Assembly: GCA_046313635.1 (NCBI GenBank)
Contig: JBKBYA010000003.1
Span: forward strand, 32,001-96,000
Direction of reading: 5' to 3'
Source of the DNA: Pyrinomonadaceae bacterium
GTDB lineage: Bacteria; Acidobacteriota; Blastocatellia; Pyrinomonadales; Pyrinomonadaceae
DNA: 64,000 bases
Part shown: piece after piece, positions 17,360 through 28,900 of the stretch
How the letters are laid out: each line of letters opens with the position of its first letter
How positions within the stretch are numbered: the first letter of the stretch is position 1
Position numbers and translations under genes: made by a program
The notes under the pieces: model-generated
Told to the model about the DNA's origin: nothing
Databases searched by the model: none
What the model saw: only the letters and a program-made list of their open reading frames with translations

Positions 17360-19441
17360 TTACTTCAGCGAAACGTCGTCAACGCGGAAGGTGGTCGTCA
17401 CCGACGCGTCCGTCGTCGAGCGGAATTGCACTCTGACGGTCTGGCCGCGGTACGCCGAGAGATTTAGCGAGATCTGCGAATAGGCTCCCGCCGCTCCCTT
17501 ATTGAGGTTGCTGTACGTCGCGAGCGTCGTCAGCAGATTGCCCGCCGTGTCGCGCACCTCGACAAAGAGCTTGTCGTACTGCGTGGTCGTCGTCGTTTCA
17601 CTCGACGTCACATTCAGCCAGAAGGTCAGCGTCCCGGTCGCGGTCGAAGGGATCGAGACCTGCTGGTACGCCTGCCCGGTGACGCTGTTGTTCACGCCGA
17701 AGTAGATATAGCCGGTCCCGCCGTGCGGATAGTTGCCGGCCGAGGTGTAAAAGTAACCCGTGCCGGAGCCGACCCAGGGGCTCGCGCTGCCCTCAAAGCC
17801 GCCGTTGACGATCAGCTCGCTGCCGCCCGGCGTCGGTGTCGGGCTCGGGCCGCCGCTCGGGCATGAGCCGACGCCTACCGCACACCACCCGGTCGCGACC
17901 GAGTTGTACTGCGAGCTCGATGCGCCAAAAAGGTCTGTCGCCGCATTCAGCGTCGCCGTCCTGGCTCCGGAGAAGGTCGTTCCGGACGTCATATAGACCG
18001 TCAGCGCGCGGTACCAGATCTTGGCCGCGTTGTCGGGGCCGATCGCCGGGACCGCCACGCCGCTGACGCGGTTGGTGCCGCCGGCCGCGATCAGATAGAA
18101 CGCATGATTCGCGATGCTCGAATTAGTATGCACGCCGCCGTTGTCCGCGGTGCCGGTGTAGCGGAGGCTGTAGTGATCGGGGTCGCCGACCGCATTCGGA
18201 TTATCCATCAGACGAAGCGCGTCGCCGGGCGTGCCGGGCGTGTATGCGTCCTCGCCGATCTTCCAGGTGTTTGAGTTGGTCGCACCGCGAGCATAACGCT
18301 CGACCATCGCGCCGAAAACGTCCGACATCGATTCGTTCAGAGCGCCCGACTCGTTCGAGTAGGTGAGGTTCGCCGTGCGTTCGGTGACGCCGTGGGTCAT
18401 CTCGTGGCCGCAGATGTCGATCGTGACGAGCGGCGTAAAGGTCGTGCCGTCGCCGTCGCCGTAGGTCATATATTGGCCGTTCCAAAAGGCGTTGTTGTAG
18501 CTGGTGCTGTAATGCACCTTTGAGCTGATGAGCCCGACGCCGCCGACCGCCGACGTGTAATAGGCCGGCCCGCCCGAGCCGTCGATGCCGTTGCGGCCGT
18601 GGACGTTTTGAAAATAGTCCATCGTCTTTTCGGCGCCGTACTGGGCGTCGACGCCGGCGCGCTGCGCCGATGCGTCCCAGACGTCGTTCGTATCCGTGAA
18701 GCGATACGTGCTCGCGGTCGTGTTGCGATTGTCGAATGTGCCGACCTTGCGGGTCGTATTCTCCATGTAATAGGTCGAGCCCGAGACGCTCGTGCCGATG
18801 GTGACGGTGCCGCTGTAGAGCGACGGGCCGCTGCCGGTCTGGAGGTTGTCGTACTCAAAGACCTTTTCGCCCGTGTGTGCATCGACAAAGATGACCGGCA
18901 TGGCCGTGTCCTTGGTGTTGTCCTCGCGACGCATCTGAACGCGGTAGGCGAGGTGATCGCGGTCTTCGCCGCGATATATCCAAAGGTCGGCCGTCGGCTT
19001 TTCGGTCAAATGCTCCGAGCCCTTGTACATATCCATCGCAAGCCGCACCGCGTCTTCGGCGGAGAAGTTCGGCGACGTGTTGACCGCGACGTTCTCCTTG
19101 ATGTCGTCGGTCACCTCACGCAGCGAGCCGTCATTCTTGAGATGGACGATCGCCTCGCCCTGCCAAACCGGCACGCCGCCGGCCGTCTGCTGAAATCTCG
19201 TATGCGCCATTCCGCGCTCATCGACGTCCGTACTCTTGACCTTGTATTCGGTCGGGTCGCCGATCGGGCGGAGGCTGGCCCGCTGTCGCAGCACGTCGAG
19301 ACTGAGGCGACGTGCCGTTTCCTTCTCGTCCGGCGAGCCCTTGCCAAATACCGTACGCTGCGCGTTAGAGCCGCTCGTAAACAGGCCAAATGCCACAAGG
19401 GCGAGGCCCAAAATTCCGATGAAAGTTAAGATCTTTTTCAC
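17360..19441 (-). CDS. secreted M4 (thermolysin-family) metallopeptidase
   Basis: Signal peptide, FTP/PepSY propeptide, NAFWNG, HEMTH, GALNESMSD, GGVHTNS, C-terminal beta-sandwich; GTG 19441 follows GGAG. Confidence 0.93.
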   Translation of the reverse strand: MKKILTFIGILGLALVAFGLFTSGSNAQRTVFGKGSPDEKETARRLSLDVLRQRASLRPIGDPTEYKVKSTDVDERGMAHTRFQQTAGGVPVWQGEAIVHLKNDGSLREVTDDIKENVAVNTSPNFSAEDAVRLAMDMYKGSEHLTEKPTADLWIYRGEDRDHLAYRVQMRREDNTKDTAMPVIFVDAHTGEKVFEYDNLQTGSGPSLYSGTVTIGTSVSGSTYYMENTTRKVGTFDNRNTTASTYRFTDTNDVWDASAQRAGVDAQYGAEKTMDYFQNVHGRNGIDGSGGPAYYTSAVGGVGLISSKVHYSTSYNNAFWNGQYMTYGDGDGTTFTPLVTIDICGHEMTHGVTERTANLTYSNESGALNESMSDVFGAMVERYARGATNSNTWKIGEDAYTPGTPGDALRLMDNPNAVGDPDHYSLRYTGTADNGGVHTNSSIANHAFYLIAAGGTNRVSGVAVPAIGPDNAAKIWYRALTVYMTSGTTFSGARTATLNAATDLFGASSSQYNSVATGWCAVGVGSCPSGGPSPTPTPGGSELIVNGGFEGSASPWVGSGTGYFYTSAGNYPHGGTGYIYFGVNNSVTGQAYQQVSIPSTATGTLTFWLNVTSSETTTTTQYDKLFVEVRDTAGNLLTTLATYSNLNKGAAGAYSQISLNLSAYRGQTVRVQFRSTTDASVTTTFRVDDVSLK

Positions 19442-19650
19442 TCGTGTTTCGCTCCGGGATGTTTTTTTGATTTGCCGCAAATAATGAGGCCGCAAAAATA
19501 TGGATCGAAATAAACCCCGAGTCCGAGGAGTGAAGTGGGCTAATTTAGAGACAAACCCTGCCGACCCAGGAGATGGCCGGAACGACTTAGGCTAAAATTC
19601 GGGGGGCAATCGAACAAACGATTGGACGATTCTAGGAGCGCGGTTTCGCT

Positions 19651-20091
19651 GTGTCAAGCCGAAGGTCAAGTTTTTCTATACCAGATATAAAAAAAGTTGA
19701 TGAGCTGCTTCCGGGGCAGACGATCACGTGGGCGGAGGTCGCGAGGATCCATCCGATCCGCAACGGGATCCATCACCGGGGCGGGCGTCTCGTCTCGCTT
19801 TTGACAGACTTTGGCCGGATCAATCCGTGCTATCCGGATCGCGGCGCCGACGATCGAACGACCATCGTCTACACCGGCTCGGGCCGCCGCGGCGACCAGA
19901 GGCTCGACGCAGCCAATCGGGCGCTGCTCGACGCCGTCGAGACGGGACACAGCGTTCCGCTCTTTAACAAGCTCGCCGTCGGACGTTGGGAATACGTCGG
20001 CCGCTACCGCGTCGCGCACGGCGAGTATGTTTTCGACGACACGCGCGAACGAATGGTTTGGCGCTTCACGCTGCACCGGGCCGAGAGCTGA
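19651..20091 (+). CDS. stand-alone SRA/YDG-like domain protein
   Basis: GI...Y-P-D...IVYTGSGRRGDQRL...NRAL...VPLF...WEYVGRYRV pattern; start uncertain. Confidence 0.65.
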   Translation: MSSRRSSFSIPDIKKVDELLPGQTITWAEVARIHPIRNGIHHRGGRLVSLLTDFGRINPCYPDRGADDRTTIVYTGSGRRGDQRLDAANRALLDAVETGHSVPLFNKLAVGRWEYVGRYRVAHGEYVFDDTRERMVWRFTLHRAES

Positions 20092-20179
20092 GATCGGCTT
20101 GTTATCGTGCGGCTGCTGATACACAATACGGCCGTTCTTTATTCCGACAATTCAGATCTAACCGGAGGCCCGCGTACGT

Positions 20180-22171
20180 ATGACGAAACTTTTTCGAAGC
20201 CTTGTGCTTCTCATTCTCCTTTCGACAGCGGCCCTTGCTCAAAATGTCTGGACGCCTGAGCTGCAGATCAGGACGCGCGCCGTCGGCAGCCCGGCGGTCT
20301 CGCCTGACGGCAAGCGGGTCGCGTACACGATCAGCGATCCGGTGATGACGGCCGACCGCAGCGAGTATGTCACGCAGATCTGGATCGCGAGCTCCGACGG
20401 TAAAGAGAATTACCAGGTCACATTCGGCGACAAGTCGTCGACCAACCCAAGATGGTCGCCCGACGGCACGGCCATCGCCTTCACCTCTAATCGCAAGGAC
20501 AACCGCAACAATCTCTACCTGCTCCGCCTGCGCGGCGGCGAGGCCGAGCCGCTGACCGACCTCAAAGGCTCTTCGGTCGCTGATTTCGATTGGTCGCCCG
20601 ACGGCAAGTGGATCGCGTACACGATGACCGACGCCAAGACCGATGACGAGGAAAAGGCCGACAAGGCTCGCAACGACTTTCGCTGGGTCGACGAGAACGT
20701 AAAGATGGCACGCCTCTACGTGCTGCCGGTCGAAAACGACGCGAGCGGCAAACGCGAGCCGCGCAGGCTCGGCATCGACGGCCGGCATATCAGCGCGTTC
20801 GACTGGTCGCCCGATGGCTCGACGATCGCCGTAAGTCACGTCGCCTCGCCGGTCGCGAATTACTGGCCGACGGCAGACGTCTCGCTGATCGACGTCGCCA
20901 GCGGCCGCGCCGCACCGCTTGCCGCCAGCGAGGCGGCCGAGAACGATCCGATCTATTCGCCCGACGGCCGGTGGATACTCCTGAGTGTCAGCGACGTGCC
21001 GGCCCGCTGGGCGCGGGCCAGCCGGCTCGCCCTCTATCCATCGAAGCCGACCACGGCGGCGGCGCCGAAGCAGCTCGCTGTTACTTTCGATTCGCAGCCG
21101 AATGTCGTCGGCTTTTCAGCTGACGGCAGGTGGATCTACTTTACCGAGGCCAAGGGAACGAATACCGCTCTGTACGCTCTGGACGTCGATACCGACACGA
21201 TCGCCGAAGCGATACCGACCCACGGCGTGATCAGCGCGCTTGCGATGCAGAAGGGCGGCGGCGTATTTGCCGGCGTCCTTCAGCGGGCCGACATGCCGCC
21301 GGAACTCTATGCGGCAAGGCTCGCCGACAGGGCCCCGACAAAGTTGTCCAATGCAAACTCCGACGCTGCAAGGATGGCGGTCGGCAAGACCGAGGTCGTC
21401 AAGTGGAAGAGCAAGGACGGCCGCGAGATCGAGGGATTGCTGACATATCCGGTCGGCTACGTCGCGGGTAAAAAAGTGCCGCTCATTCTCAACATCCACG
21501 GCGGGCCGGCGGGCGTTTTTAATCAGACGTTCATCGGCGGCCGCGGCGTTTATCCGCTTGCGACCTTTTCGCAAAAGGGCTACGCGATACTGCGGCCCAA
21601 CCCGCGCGGGTCAAGCGGCTACGGCGTCGAATTTCGCCGTGCAAATATCAAAGACTGGGGCGGGATGGATTATCAGGACCTGATGACCGGCGTCGATCAC
21701 GTTATCGCGATGGGCGTCGCCGACCCGGAACGCCTTGGCGTGATGGGCTGGAGCTACGGCGGCTATATGACGTCGTGGATCATCACGCAGACCAAGCGGT
21801 TCAAGGCCGCGTCGGCCGGTGCTCCGGTGACAAACCTAATGAGCTTTAACGGCACGGCGGACATTCCGTCATTCGTGCCTGACTACTTCGGCGGGCAGTC
21901 GTGGGAGGTGCCGGAGGTCTATGCAAAGCACTCGGCGATGTTCAATATCAAAGGCGTATATACGCCGACGCTGATCATCCACGGCGACGCCGACATACGC
22001 GTCCCGATCTCGCAGGGCTACGAGTTGTACAACGCCCTCAAGGCGCAGAACGTGCCGACCAGAATGCTCGTCCTCCCGCGACAGCCGCACGGCCCCACCG
22101 AGCCGCGAATGCAGCTCGCCGCGATGCAGGCAAATTTGGATTGGTTTGAGAAGTATCTCGGAGGGAAGTAA
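20180..22171 (+). CDS. S9 family peptidase (PD40 propeller plus alpha/beta hydrolase)
   Basis: Signal peptide, WSPDG repeats, HGGP, GWSYGG, HGDADIRVP, QPHG. Confidence 0.94.
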   Translation: MTKLFRSLVLLILLSTAALAQNVWTPELQIRTRAVGSPAVSPDGKRVAYTISDPVMTADRSEYVTQIWIASSDGKENYQVTFGDKSSTNPRWSPDGTAIAFTSNRKDNRNNLYLLRLRGGEAEPLTDLKGSSVADFDWSPDGKWIAYTMTDAKTDDEEKADKARNDFRWVDENVKMARLYVLPVENDASGKREPRRLGIDGRHISAFDWSPDGSTIAVSHVASPVANYWPTADVSLIDVASGRAAPLAASEAAENDPIYSPDGRWILLSVSDVPARWARASRLALYPSKPTTAAAPKQLAVTFDSQPNVVGFSADGRWIYFTEAKGTNTALYALDVDTDTIAEAIPTHGVISALAMQKGGGVFAGVLQRADMPPELYAARLADRAPTKLSNANSDAARMAVGKTEVVKWKSKDGREIEGLLTYPVGYVAGKKVPLILNIHGGPAGVFNQTFIGGRGVYPLATFSQKGYAILRPNPRGSSGYGVEFRRANIKDWGGMDYQDLMTGVDHVIAMGVADPERLGVMGWSYGGYMTSWIITQTKRFKAASAGAPVTNLMSFNGTADIPSFVPDYFGGQSWEVPEVYAKHSAMFNIKGVYTPTLIIHGDADIRVPISQGYELYNALKAQNVPTRMLVLPRQPHGPTEPRMQLAAMQANLDWFEKYLGGK

Positions 22172-22175
22172 CTAA

Positions 22176-23018
22176 CTAACTCTTCTTTCCCAATTCGACA
22201 GCACGACGGTACGCTGCATACACGGCTTTTGAAAGCACGGTGCGCAGCGTGCCTTTTTCCATTTGGTAGATGGCCTCGGCCGAGGTGCCGCCGGGCGAGG
22301 TGACCATATTGCGGAGCTCGGCCGGGTGCTTGTGCGACTCCATCGCGAATTTGACCGAGCCGAGCATCGTCTCCTGAACGAGCTCGCGGGCGACGTCGCG
22401 CGAAAAGCCGAGGTGCACGCCGGCGTCGGTGAGCGCCTCCATCACCATAAAAATGTAGGTTGGCCCGGTCGCGCTCAAGGATGTCGCCATGTCGATCATA
22501 TTCTCGGTCTCGACAAAGAGCTCTTTGCCGAGAGCGCTCAAAAAGTGCCGTACCTGCGAGCGTTCGTTCTCTGAGACCGCTTCGCCGCAGGTCCACGCCG
22601 TGATCCCGGCGCCGATCTGCGACGGCGTGTTCGGCATCGCGCGGACGACGTGCTCGGTGCCGAGCTCTCGCGAGATCGTCTCGATCGTCGCGCCGGCGAC
22701 GATCGAGATGACGAGGCCGTCGTGGGCGACCGCGCCCTTCAGATCGCGAAGCACGCGGCCGAGACGCTGAGGCTTGACGCTGAGAACGACGGCCGAATTC
22801 TCCGTGTCGCGAACGCTCTCTGCCGCATCGGCGTTCGACTCGAACATTCGAATGCCGTACTTCGTCTCAAGCTCATCCCGCCTCGCCTCGCGCGGGTGGC
22901 TGCCCGCGATCTGTTCCGCGGCCACGAGTTCCTGCTGCAGCAAGCCGGCGATCATCGACTCGGCCATCACGCCGCAGCCGATGAATGCGATCGAGGCTCT
23001 TTTAATTTCTTGTTTCAT
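22176..23018 (-). CDS. proC: pyrroline-5-carboxylate reductase
   Basis: FIGCGVMA, VKPQ, RAMPNTP, VTSPGGTS. Confidence 0.95.
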   Translation of the reverse strand: MKQEIKRASIAFIGCGVMAESMIAGLLQQELVAAEQIAGSHPREARRDELETKYGIRMFESNADAAESVRDTENSAVVLSVKPQRLGRVLRDLKGAVAHDGLVISIVAGATIETISRELGTEHVVRAMPNTPSQIGAGITAWTCGEAVSENERSQVRHFLSALGKELFVETENMIDMATSLSATGPTYIFMVMEALTDAGVHLGFSRDVARELVQETMLGSVKFAMESHKHPAELRNMVTSPGGTSAEAIYQMEKGTLRTVLSKAVYAAYRRAVELGKKS

Positions 23019-23032
23019 TGGTCTACCGCTGT

Positions 23033-23100
23033 CTTTGCGATCTCTGCGGGCTTTGCGTGAAACCGATCTGTCTCACGCAGAGCTCGCAAAGGCCGCAAAG
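23033..23100. repeat. inverted pair of 9-mer arrays (CTYTGCGNN x3)
   Basis: CTTTGCGAT CTCTGCGGG CTTTGCGTGA ... TCACGCAGAG CTCGCAAAG GCCGCAAAG. Confidence 0.88.
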
Positions 23101-23189
23101 GAAATTCGATCGAGCGTCGCGGGCGAACCCTTTTGTTATCCGTCGGTGGCTCGTGCAAAATACGTGTTTACGTTAGAGATTTAATCACC

Positions 23190-24398
23190 ATGACGATCGA
23201 CGAACAACTCGACGTTCTCCGAAAAGGCACCGTCGACCTCATTCGCGAAGAAGACCTCAAGGCCAAGCTCGACCGCTCGCAAAAGACCGGCAAGCCGCTG
23301 CGCGTGAAGCTCGGCCTCGACCCGACCGCGCCCGACATCCACCTCGGCCACACGGTCGTCATCCGCAAGCTCAAAGCGTTTCAGGACCTCGGCCACACGG
23401 TGATCTTTTTGATCGGCGATTTTACGGGCCAGATCGGCGACCCGACCGGGAAGTCTGCGACGCGGCCGCCGCTCAGCCGTGACGAGATCAACGCAAACGC
23501 CGAGACTTACAAGCAGCAGATGTTCAAGCTGCTCGATCCGGAGAAGACAGAGCTGAGATTCAACGGCGAGTGGATGGACAGATTCACCGCGGCCGACTTC
23601 GTCAAGCTCGCCGCGAAGACGACCGTTCGACAGATACTCGAGCGCGACGACTTTGAAAAACGTATGGCCGAGGAGAAGCCGATCTCGCTGCACGAGCTGC
23701 TTTACCCGCTCGTGCAGGGCTACGACTCGGTCGCGCTCGAGGCCGACGTCGAGCTTGGCGGGACGGACCAAAAATTTAACCTGCTGATGGGCCGCAGCCT
23801 GCAGCGCGAGTTTGGCCAGGAGCCGCAGGTCATCTTGACGACGCCTTTGCTCGAGGGGCTCGACGGCGTGCAGAAGATGTCTAAAAGTCTCGGCAATTAC
23901 ATCGGCATCGAGGAGCCCGCGGCGGAGATGTTCGGCAAGATAATGTCGATCTCCGACGAGCTGATGTGGCGGTACTACGAGCTGCTGACCGACGTGTCGG
24001 TCGACGAGATCGACGCGCGTCGATCGCGCTGCGAGTCGGGCGCCGAAAATCCGCGCGACGCAAAGGTCGAGCTCGCCAAACGCATCATCGCTGACTTTCA
24101 TTCCGCGGCCGACGCCGATGCGGCGGAAGAGGAATTTCGCCGCCGCTTTGTCGATAAGCAGGCGCCCGAAGAGATCGAAGAAAAACAGATCGACGCCGGC
24201 AGCTACAAGCTCGCCGAGCTGCTCGCGTCGGTCGGGCTGGCCGCGTCAAAAGGCGAGGCCAGACGGCTGATCGAGCAGGGCGGCGTGCGCGTCAACGGCG
24301 AAAAGGCCTCGAATTCGGCGGCCGACGTGACCGTCGCGGCCGAGCCGATCGTGTTTCAGGTCGGCAAACGCAGATTCCTCAAGGTGGCGGGCAAGTAG
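23190..24398 (+). CDS. tyrS: tyrosine--tRNA ligase
   Basis: [27 protein letters not shown]-terminal S4 domain; ATG 23190. Confidence 0.97.
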   Translation: MTIDEQLDVLRKGTVDLIREEDLKAKLDRSQKTGKPLRVKLGLDPTAPDIHLGHTVVIRKLKAFQDLGHTVIFLIGDFTGQIGDPTGKSATRPPLSRDEINANAETYKQQMFKLLDPEKTELRFNGEWMDRFTAADFVKLAAKTTVRQILERDDFEKRMAEEKPISLHELLYPLVQGYDSVALEADVELGGTDQKFNLLMGRSLQREFGQEPQVILTTPLLEGLDGVQKMSKSLGNYIGIEEPAAEMFGKIMSISDELMWRYYELLTDVSVDEIDARRSRCESGAENPRDAKVELAKRIIADFHSAADADAAEEEFRRRFVDKQAPEEIEEKQIDAGSYKLAELLASVGLAASKGEARRLIEQGGVRVNGEKASNSAADVTVAAEPIVFQVGKRRFLKVAGK

Positions 24399-24447
24399 CA
24401 CGGCCATTCGCAATTTGGGCCGCGTTTGAATAATCTGGTTGATACCG

Positions 24448-25311
24448 ATGGGACCGCTCAGACAACGAAGGGCAAAGATCACCGATCGGCTCCGGCCGTA
24501 CGTCGAGGCCGAGCGTCCGCTGAGGACGCTTGCCGAGAACGTCTCGAAGCTTGCGCGGCACGCCATCGCCGAGGCAAGTACGCTCTCGCTCGAGAGTGTC
24601 GAGATCCGGCTCGCGCGCCTCCCCAAGCGGCTCGACGGGCTGCGGATCATTCACCTGTCGGACATTCATCACAGCCCTTTTACGCCGCTCGAGCACATCG
24701 AGCGGGCAGTTCGCGTGGCCAACCGGCTCAAGCCGGACGTTTTTGTTTTGACGGGCGATTACGTTTCGCACGAGCCTGAGTACATCGCGCCCGTCGCACG
24801 CGTGCTCGGCGGGCTGAGGTCGCCGCTCGGCACCTTTGCGTGTCTCGGCAATCACGATCACTGGACCGACGCGCAGATCGTGACCGACGAATTCAGAAGC
24901 GCCGGCATCAACGTACTTATCAACGAGGGCCTGCGTATCGAGGCCGCACCGGGCGCGGGCTTTTGGCTGGCCGGTGTGGACGACTACATGGTCGGCAAGA
25001 CCGATCTCGCGTCGGCGCTCAAAGGCTCGTATCCCGACGAGATGAAGCTCTTGCTCGCGCACAACCCGATCATCTTTCGCCAGGCGGTACGCCGCGGCGT
25101 CGACCTTATGCTGAGCGGTCATACGCACGGCGGGCAGGTCAAGCTGCGCGACGCGTCTCGCAAGCTGCTGCCGCGGCGACGCCTCACGGCAGGCCTGCAC
25201 GAGCGTAAGGGCTCGCAGATCTACATTACCCGCGGCATCGGTACCGTCGTGCTGCCGGTGCGCTATCAATGTCCGCCCGAGATCTCGCTGCTTCAGCTTT
25301 GCGTTCCGTAG
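24448..25311 (+). CDS. metallophosphoesterase (YkuE-like)
   Basis: SDIH, TGDY, GNHD, AHNP, SGHTHGGQ; start may be TTG 24439. Confidence 0.92.
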   Translation: MGPLRQRRAKITDRLRPYVEAERPLRTLAENVSKLARHAIAEASTLSLESVEIRLARLPKRLDGLRIIHLSDIHHSPFTPLEHIERAVRVANRLKPDVFVLTGDYVSHEPEYIAPVARVLGGLRSPLGTFACLGNHDHWTDAQIVTDEFRSAGINVLINEGLRIEAAPGAGFWLAGVDDYMVGKTDLASALKGSYPDEMKLLLAHNPIIFRQAVRRGVDLMLSGHTHGGQVKLRDASRKLLPRRRLTAGLHERKGSQIYITRGIGTVVLPVRYQCPPEISLLQLCVP

Positions 25312-25312
25312 A

Positions 25313-25903
25313 ATGTTTTCCCGCGTCGCCACGGTCCCAAATCTTCTCACCTTTCTCCGGATGGGCCTGATCCCGGTCTTTGCGAGCCTGCTCTATTACG
25401 GGTACTCGCACTGGGCCCTGCTCGTCTTTTTTGTCGCGGGAGCGTCGGACGGCGTTGACGGATTTTTGGCGCGGCGCTTCGATCAGCAGTCCGATCTCGG
25501 CCGGGTCATCGACCCGATCGCGGACAAGCTCTTGATGACGACCGCCTTCGTGATGCTGACCTTTCCCAACGTCCTGCCGCCGGTGCGGCATCTGCCGGTG
25601 CCTTTCTGGGTGACCGTGACGGTCATCGGCCGCGACGTGCTGATCGTGACGGTCGCGCTGGCGATCACGCTGTTTACGGGATTTCGCGGCTTCAGGCCGT
25701 CGTGGCTGGGCAAGCTGAGCACGCTCGTTCAGGTCGTCGCGGTGGTGCTTATCCTCGTCGCCGCCATCACCGGCGTGAGCGGCTTTTTGCCGACCGTGTA
25801 CACGAGCGTCGCGGCGCTGGCCGTTTTTTCGGGCGTGCATTACATCTTTCAGGTGGGCAGGCTTATGCGCGACGACGAGCGCGAGGGCGGCGAGACGTCT
25901 TGA
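25313..25903 (+). CDS. CDP-alcohol phosphatidyltransferase (PgsA-like)
   Basis: PNLLTFLR and SDGVDGFLARRFDQQSDLGRVIDPIADK. Confidence 0.93.
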   Translation: MFSRVATVPNLLTFLRMGLIPVFASLLYYGYSHWALLVFFVAGASDGVDGFLARRFDQQSDLGRVIDPIADKLLMTTAFVMLTFPNVLPPVRHLPVPFWVTVTVIGRDVLIVTVALAITLFTGFRGFRPSWLGKLSTLVQVVAVVLILVAAITGVSGFLPTVYTSVAALAVFSGVHYIFQVGRLMRDDEREGGETS

Positions 25904-25909
25904 ACCTTC

Positions 25910-28900
25910 TTACACGGCCGCACGAAGCCGGCGGATCGCGGCCATCAATTGATCGAAATCGAGCGGTTTGGTCACGTGAGCGTCAAAGCCCGCGGCGATG
26001 AGCTTCAGCTTGTCGTCCTCGGCGGCGTAGGCGGTCAGCGCGACGGCCTTGATCCGCCGGTTTGGCGAAGCCGTATCAGAGCGGAGCAGCCTTATCAGCT
26101 CGTAGCCGTCCAGTCCGGGCATGCCGACGTCGCTGATCAGGATGTCGAATTCGCGCGTGCGGAGCAGCTCGACCGCCTCGCCCGCGGACGTGGTCGCGAG
26201 CACGATCGCGCCCTCGCGTTCGAGCAGCAGACGCGTGGGCAGCAGGCTCTCTTCGTCATCGTCGACCGTCAGAATGCGGACGCCGTCAAGCGGACGTGAG
26301 TCGGGGCCCGGCTGCGGCTGGACGGGGCGACCGACATTCGACACGTCGTAGAGCTCGGCGGCGAGCGGCAGGACGACCGTGAATGCCGCCCCGGTCCCCG
26401 GCCCTGCGCTGTCGGCCGAGATCCGGCCGCCGTGAAGCTCGACGATGTTCCTGACGATCGTCAGGCCGAGGCCGAGGCCCGTATTCGTGCGCTTGGTCGA
26501 GAGGTCTGCCTGGCTGAAGCGGTCAAAGATGTGCGGCAGGAATTCGGGGTCGATGCCGATGCCCGTGTCGCGTACGGCGATCTCGGCCGAGAGTCCCGAT
26601 CGACGTTTGGAGAGTGTGACCACGCCGCCGGCCGGCGTGAACTTGACGGCGTTCTGCAGCAGATTCGTAACGACCTGCTGCAGCCTGACGACGTCGCCCC
26701 TCAGGTAAAGCGGCTCGTCGTCGCCCTCGATCAGAAAGATCACGTCGCGCGAGACCGCCAGCGGGCGGATCGTCTCGGCGGCCATATTGATCGCGGTGTT
26801 GAGATCGAGCAGCTCGTGCTCGACGCGCATCTTGCCCGAGATGATCCGCGAGACGTCGAGCAGGTCCTCGATCAGGCTGCTCTGCTGGCGCGTGTTGCGC
26901 TCGATGACCTCGAGCGCCTTGACCGAGCGCTGCTCGTCGAGCCCGCCGCCGCGGAGCAGCCTGATCCATCCGAGCATCGCGTTGAGCGGCGTGCGCAGCT
27001 CGTGCGAGAGGACCGAGAGAAACTCGTCCTTCATCCGATTCGCGTTCTCGGCCTCGGCGCGGGCGGCGGCCTCGGTCTCGATGAGGCGGACGTTCTGGAT
27101 CGCGACGGCGGCGAGATTAGCGGCCATCTCGAGAGCAACGGCGTGCTCGCTGCTGAACATCCCGTCGTCGTGCGCCTGGACCTCGAGCGTGCCGATCACC
27201 TCGTTCTGAAACATCATCGGGACGACGAGTGACGAATTCGGGTCACGGCCGTTGTCGTTGACGACGATATGCGGCCGATTCTTTTGCTGATCCCAATAGT
27301 TATTGGTGATCACGGCCCGCCGCTCAAAGATCGCCTGCGAATTGGGCCCGCCGCCCGGCGAGATCGGCATCGGCGGCAGCTCGGAGATGTCGATCTCCGC
27401 GCCCTCGCCCCAGACGTATGCGGGCAGGCACAGGCGGCGCTCGCTATCGTAGAACGAGACAAAAAAGGCCGAGACCGTCATCGAGGCGTGAATAAAATCC
27501 TTGAGTGAACGGTAGACCGACGTCAGATCGCGGGCCGTGCCGAGCGCCTCGGCGAGCGGGATGATCCGCTCAAGCAGCCTGAGATACTCCTCGGCCGCCT
27601 TTCTTTCGGCCCGCAGCAGCGCACGCTGGGCACGCTTTTCGTCGGTTATGTCCTGGACCTCGAGAACCGTCCCGACGAGCTCGCCGTCCTTGAAGATCGG
27701 CCTCGCGTTGCATCTGACCGGGTAGAAATGTCCGTTCTTGTGAATGAAATGGTCTTCGTACCCGACGACCGGCTCGGTCTTGTTCAGTTTTCCGCCGAGA
27801 GGGCATTCGTCGGCCGGAAAGGGCGACCCGTCCGGCCGCGTGTGATGGATCTTGTCGTGAATGATCTCGCCGATCAGCTCCTCGGCCTTAAAGCCCGATA
27901 TCCGCTCGGTCGCGTGATTGACAAATGTCGCACGGCCGTCGAGGTCCATCAGCCAGAGTGCCGACTGCGTATTGTCGGTGATGGTCTTGGTCAGATCGAG
28001 CTGGTAGCGGATCTCTTCGTCGGCCCGCTTGCGCTCGGTCGTGTCCTCGGCGACGTATGCAAAGCGAGCTCTGCCCTGCTCGCCCTCGCCGATGGGCGAG
28101 ACGGTCGCCGACATCCAGCGTGTCTTGCCGCGCACCGGCTGGCTGAACTCAAAACTTACCGGGCCGCTGATACGCTGGCTCTCGCGATACTTTTGCGCCC
28201 AGAGACGCCTGACGCTCTCCGAGGTGCCGAGGCCGTCCGTATTCTGTCCCGCGGTCGCGCCGGGCGGGATGCCAAAGAATGCGCACGTCGCCGGATTGTC
28301 GTAAACGTGATAGATCGCATCGTCGGAGTCGAGCTCGACGACGCCCATCATCAGCGGCGAATTGTTGTAGTAGGCGCGGAGCGTGGCCTCATTTTGCCGG
28401 ATCTTTTCTTCAGACCGCGCCCGCTCGATCCTGGCCCAGAGGCGGGTCGACAATTCGCCGAGCAGGGCTATCTCGTCGGCGGCCCAGTCGCGCGGCACCG
28501 AGTCGTTGACCGACAGCCCGTACTTTGGAGCGCCGAGCTCGAGATACTTGGTCCAGATGAATGACCGCACGCCTTCGTCGCGGAATCTCGCGGCGTGTTC
28601 CGCGGTGAGCGGGTCGGTATCGGTGTCGCGTATGACGACCGGCTCGGCAGACGCGACCGTCTCGACCGTCGGCCCGCCAAAAAAGTCCGCGAGGTCGATC
28701 GACGGCGGACTTGTACGGGTGCTGCCGTCGCGGGACCAGATCTTGAGTATGCGGACGCGCCCGGTTTCGCGGTCGAATTCTGAAAAAACGCAATCGCTCG
28801 CCGCAAAGAAGCGGCCGATCTTTTCGGATGCGGCGGTCATTATCTCGACCTCGCCCGCAAGCATGCTCAGATCGCGACTGATCTCGGCGAGCAGCTCGGC

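Noticed and set aside
19445..19650. Riboswitch or sRNA upstream of the M4 peptidase
   Set aside because: No recognisable conserved riboswitch core by eye; an Rfam scan would be needed.
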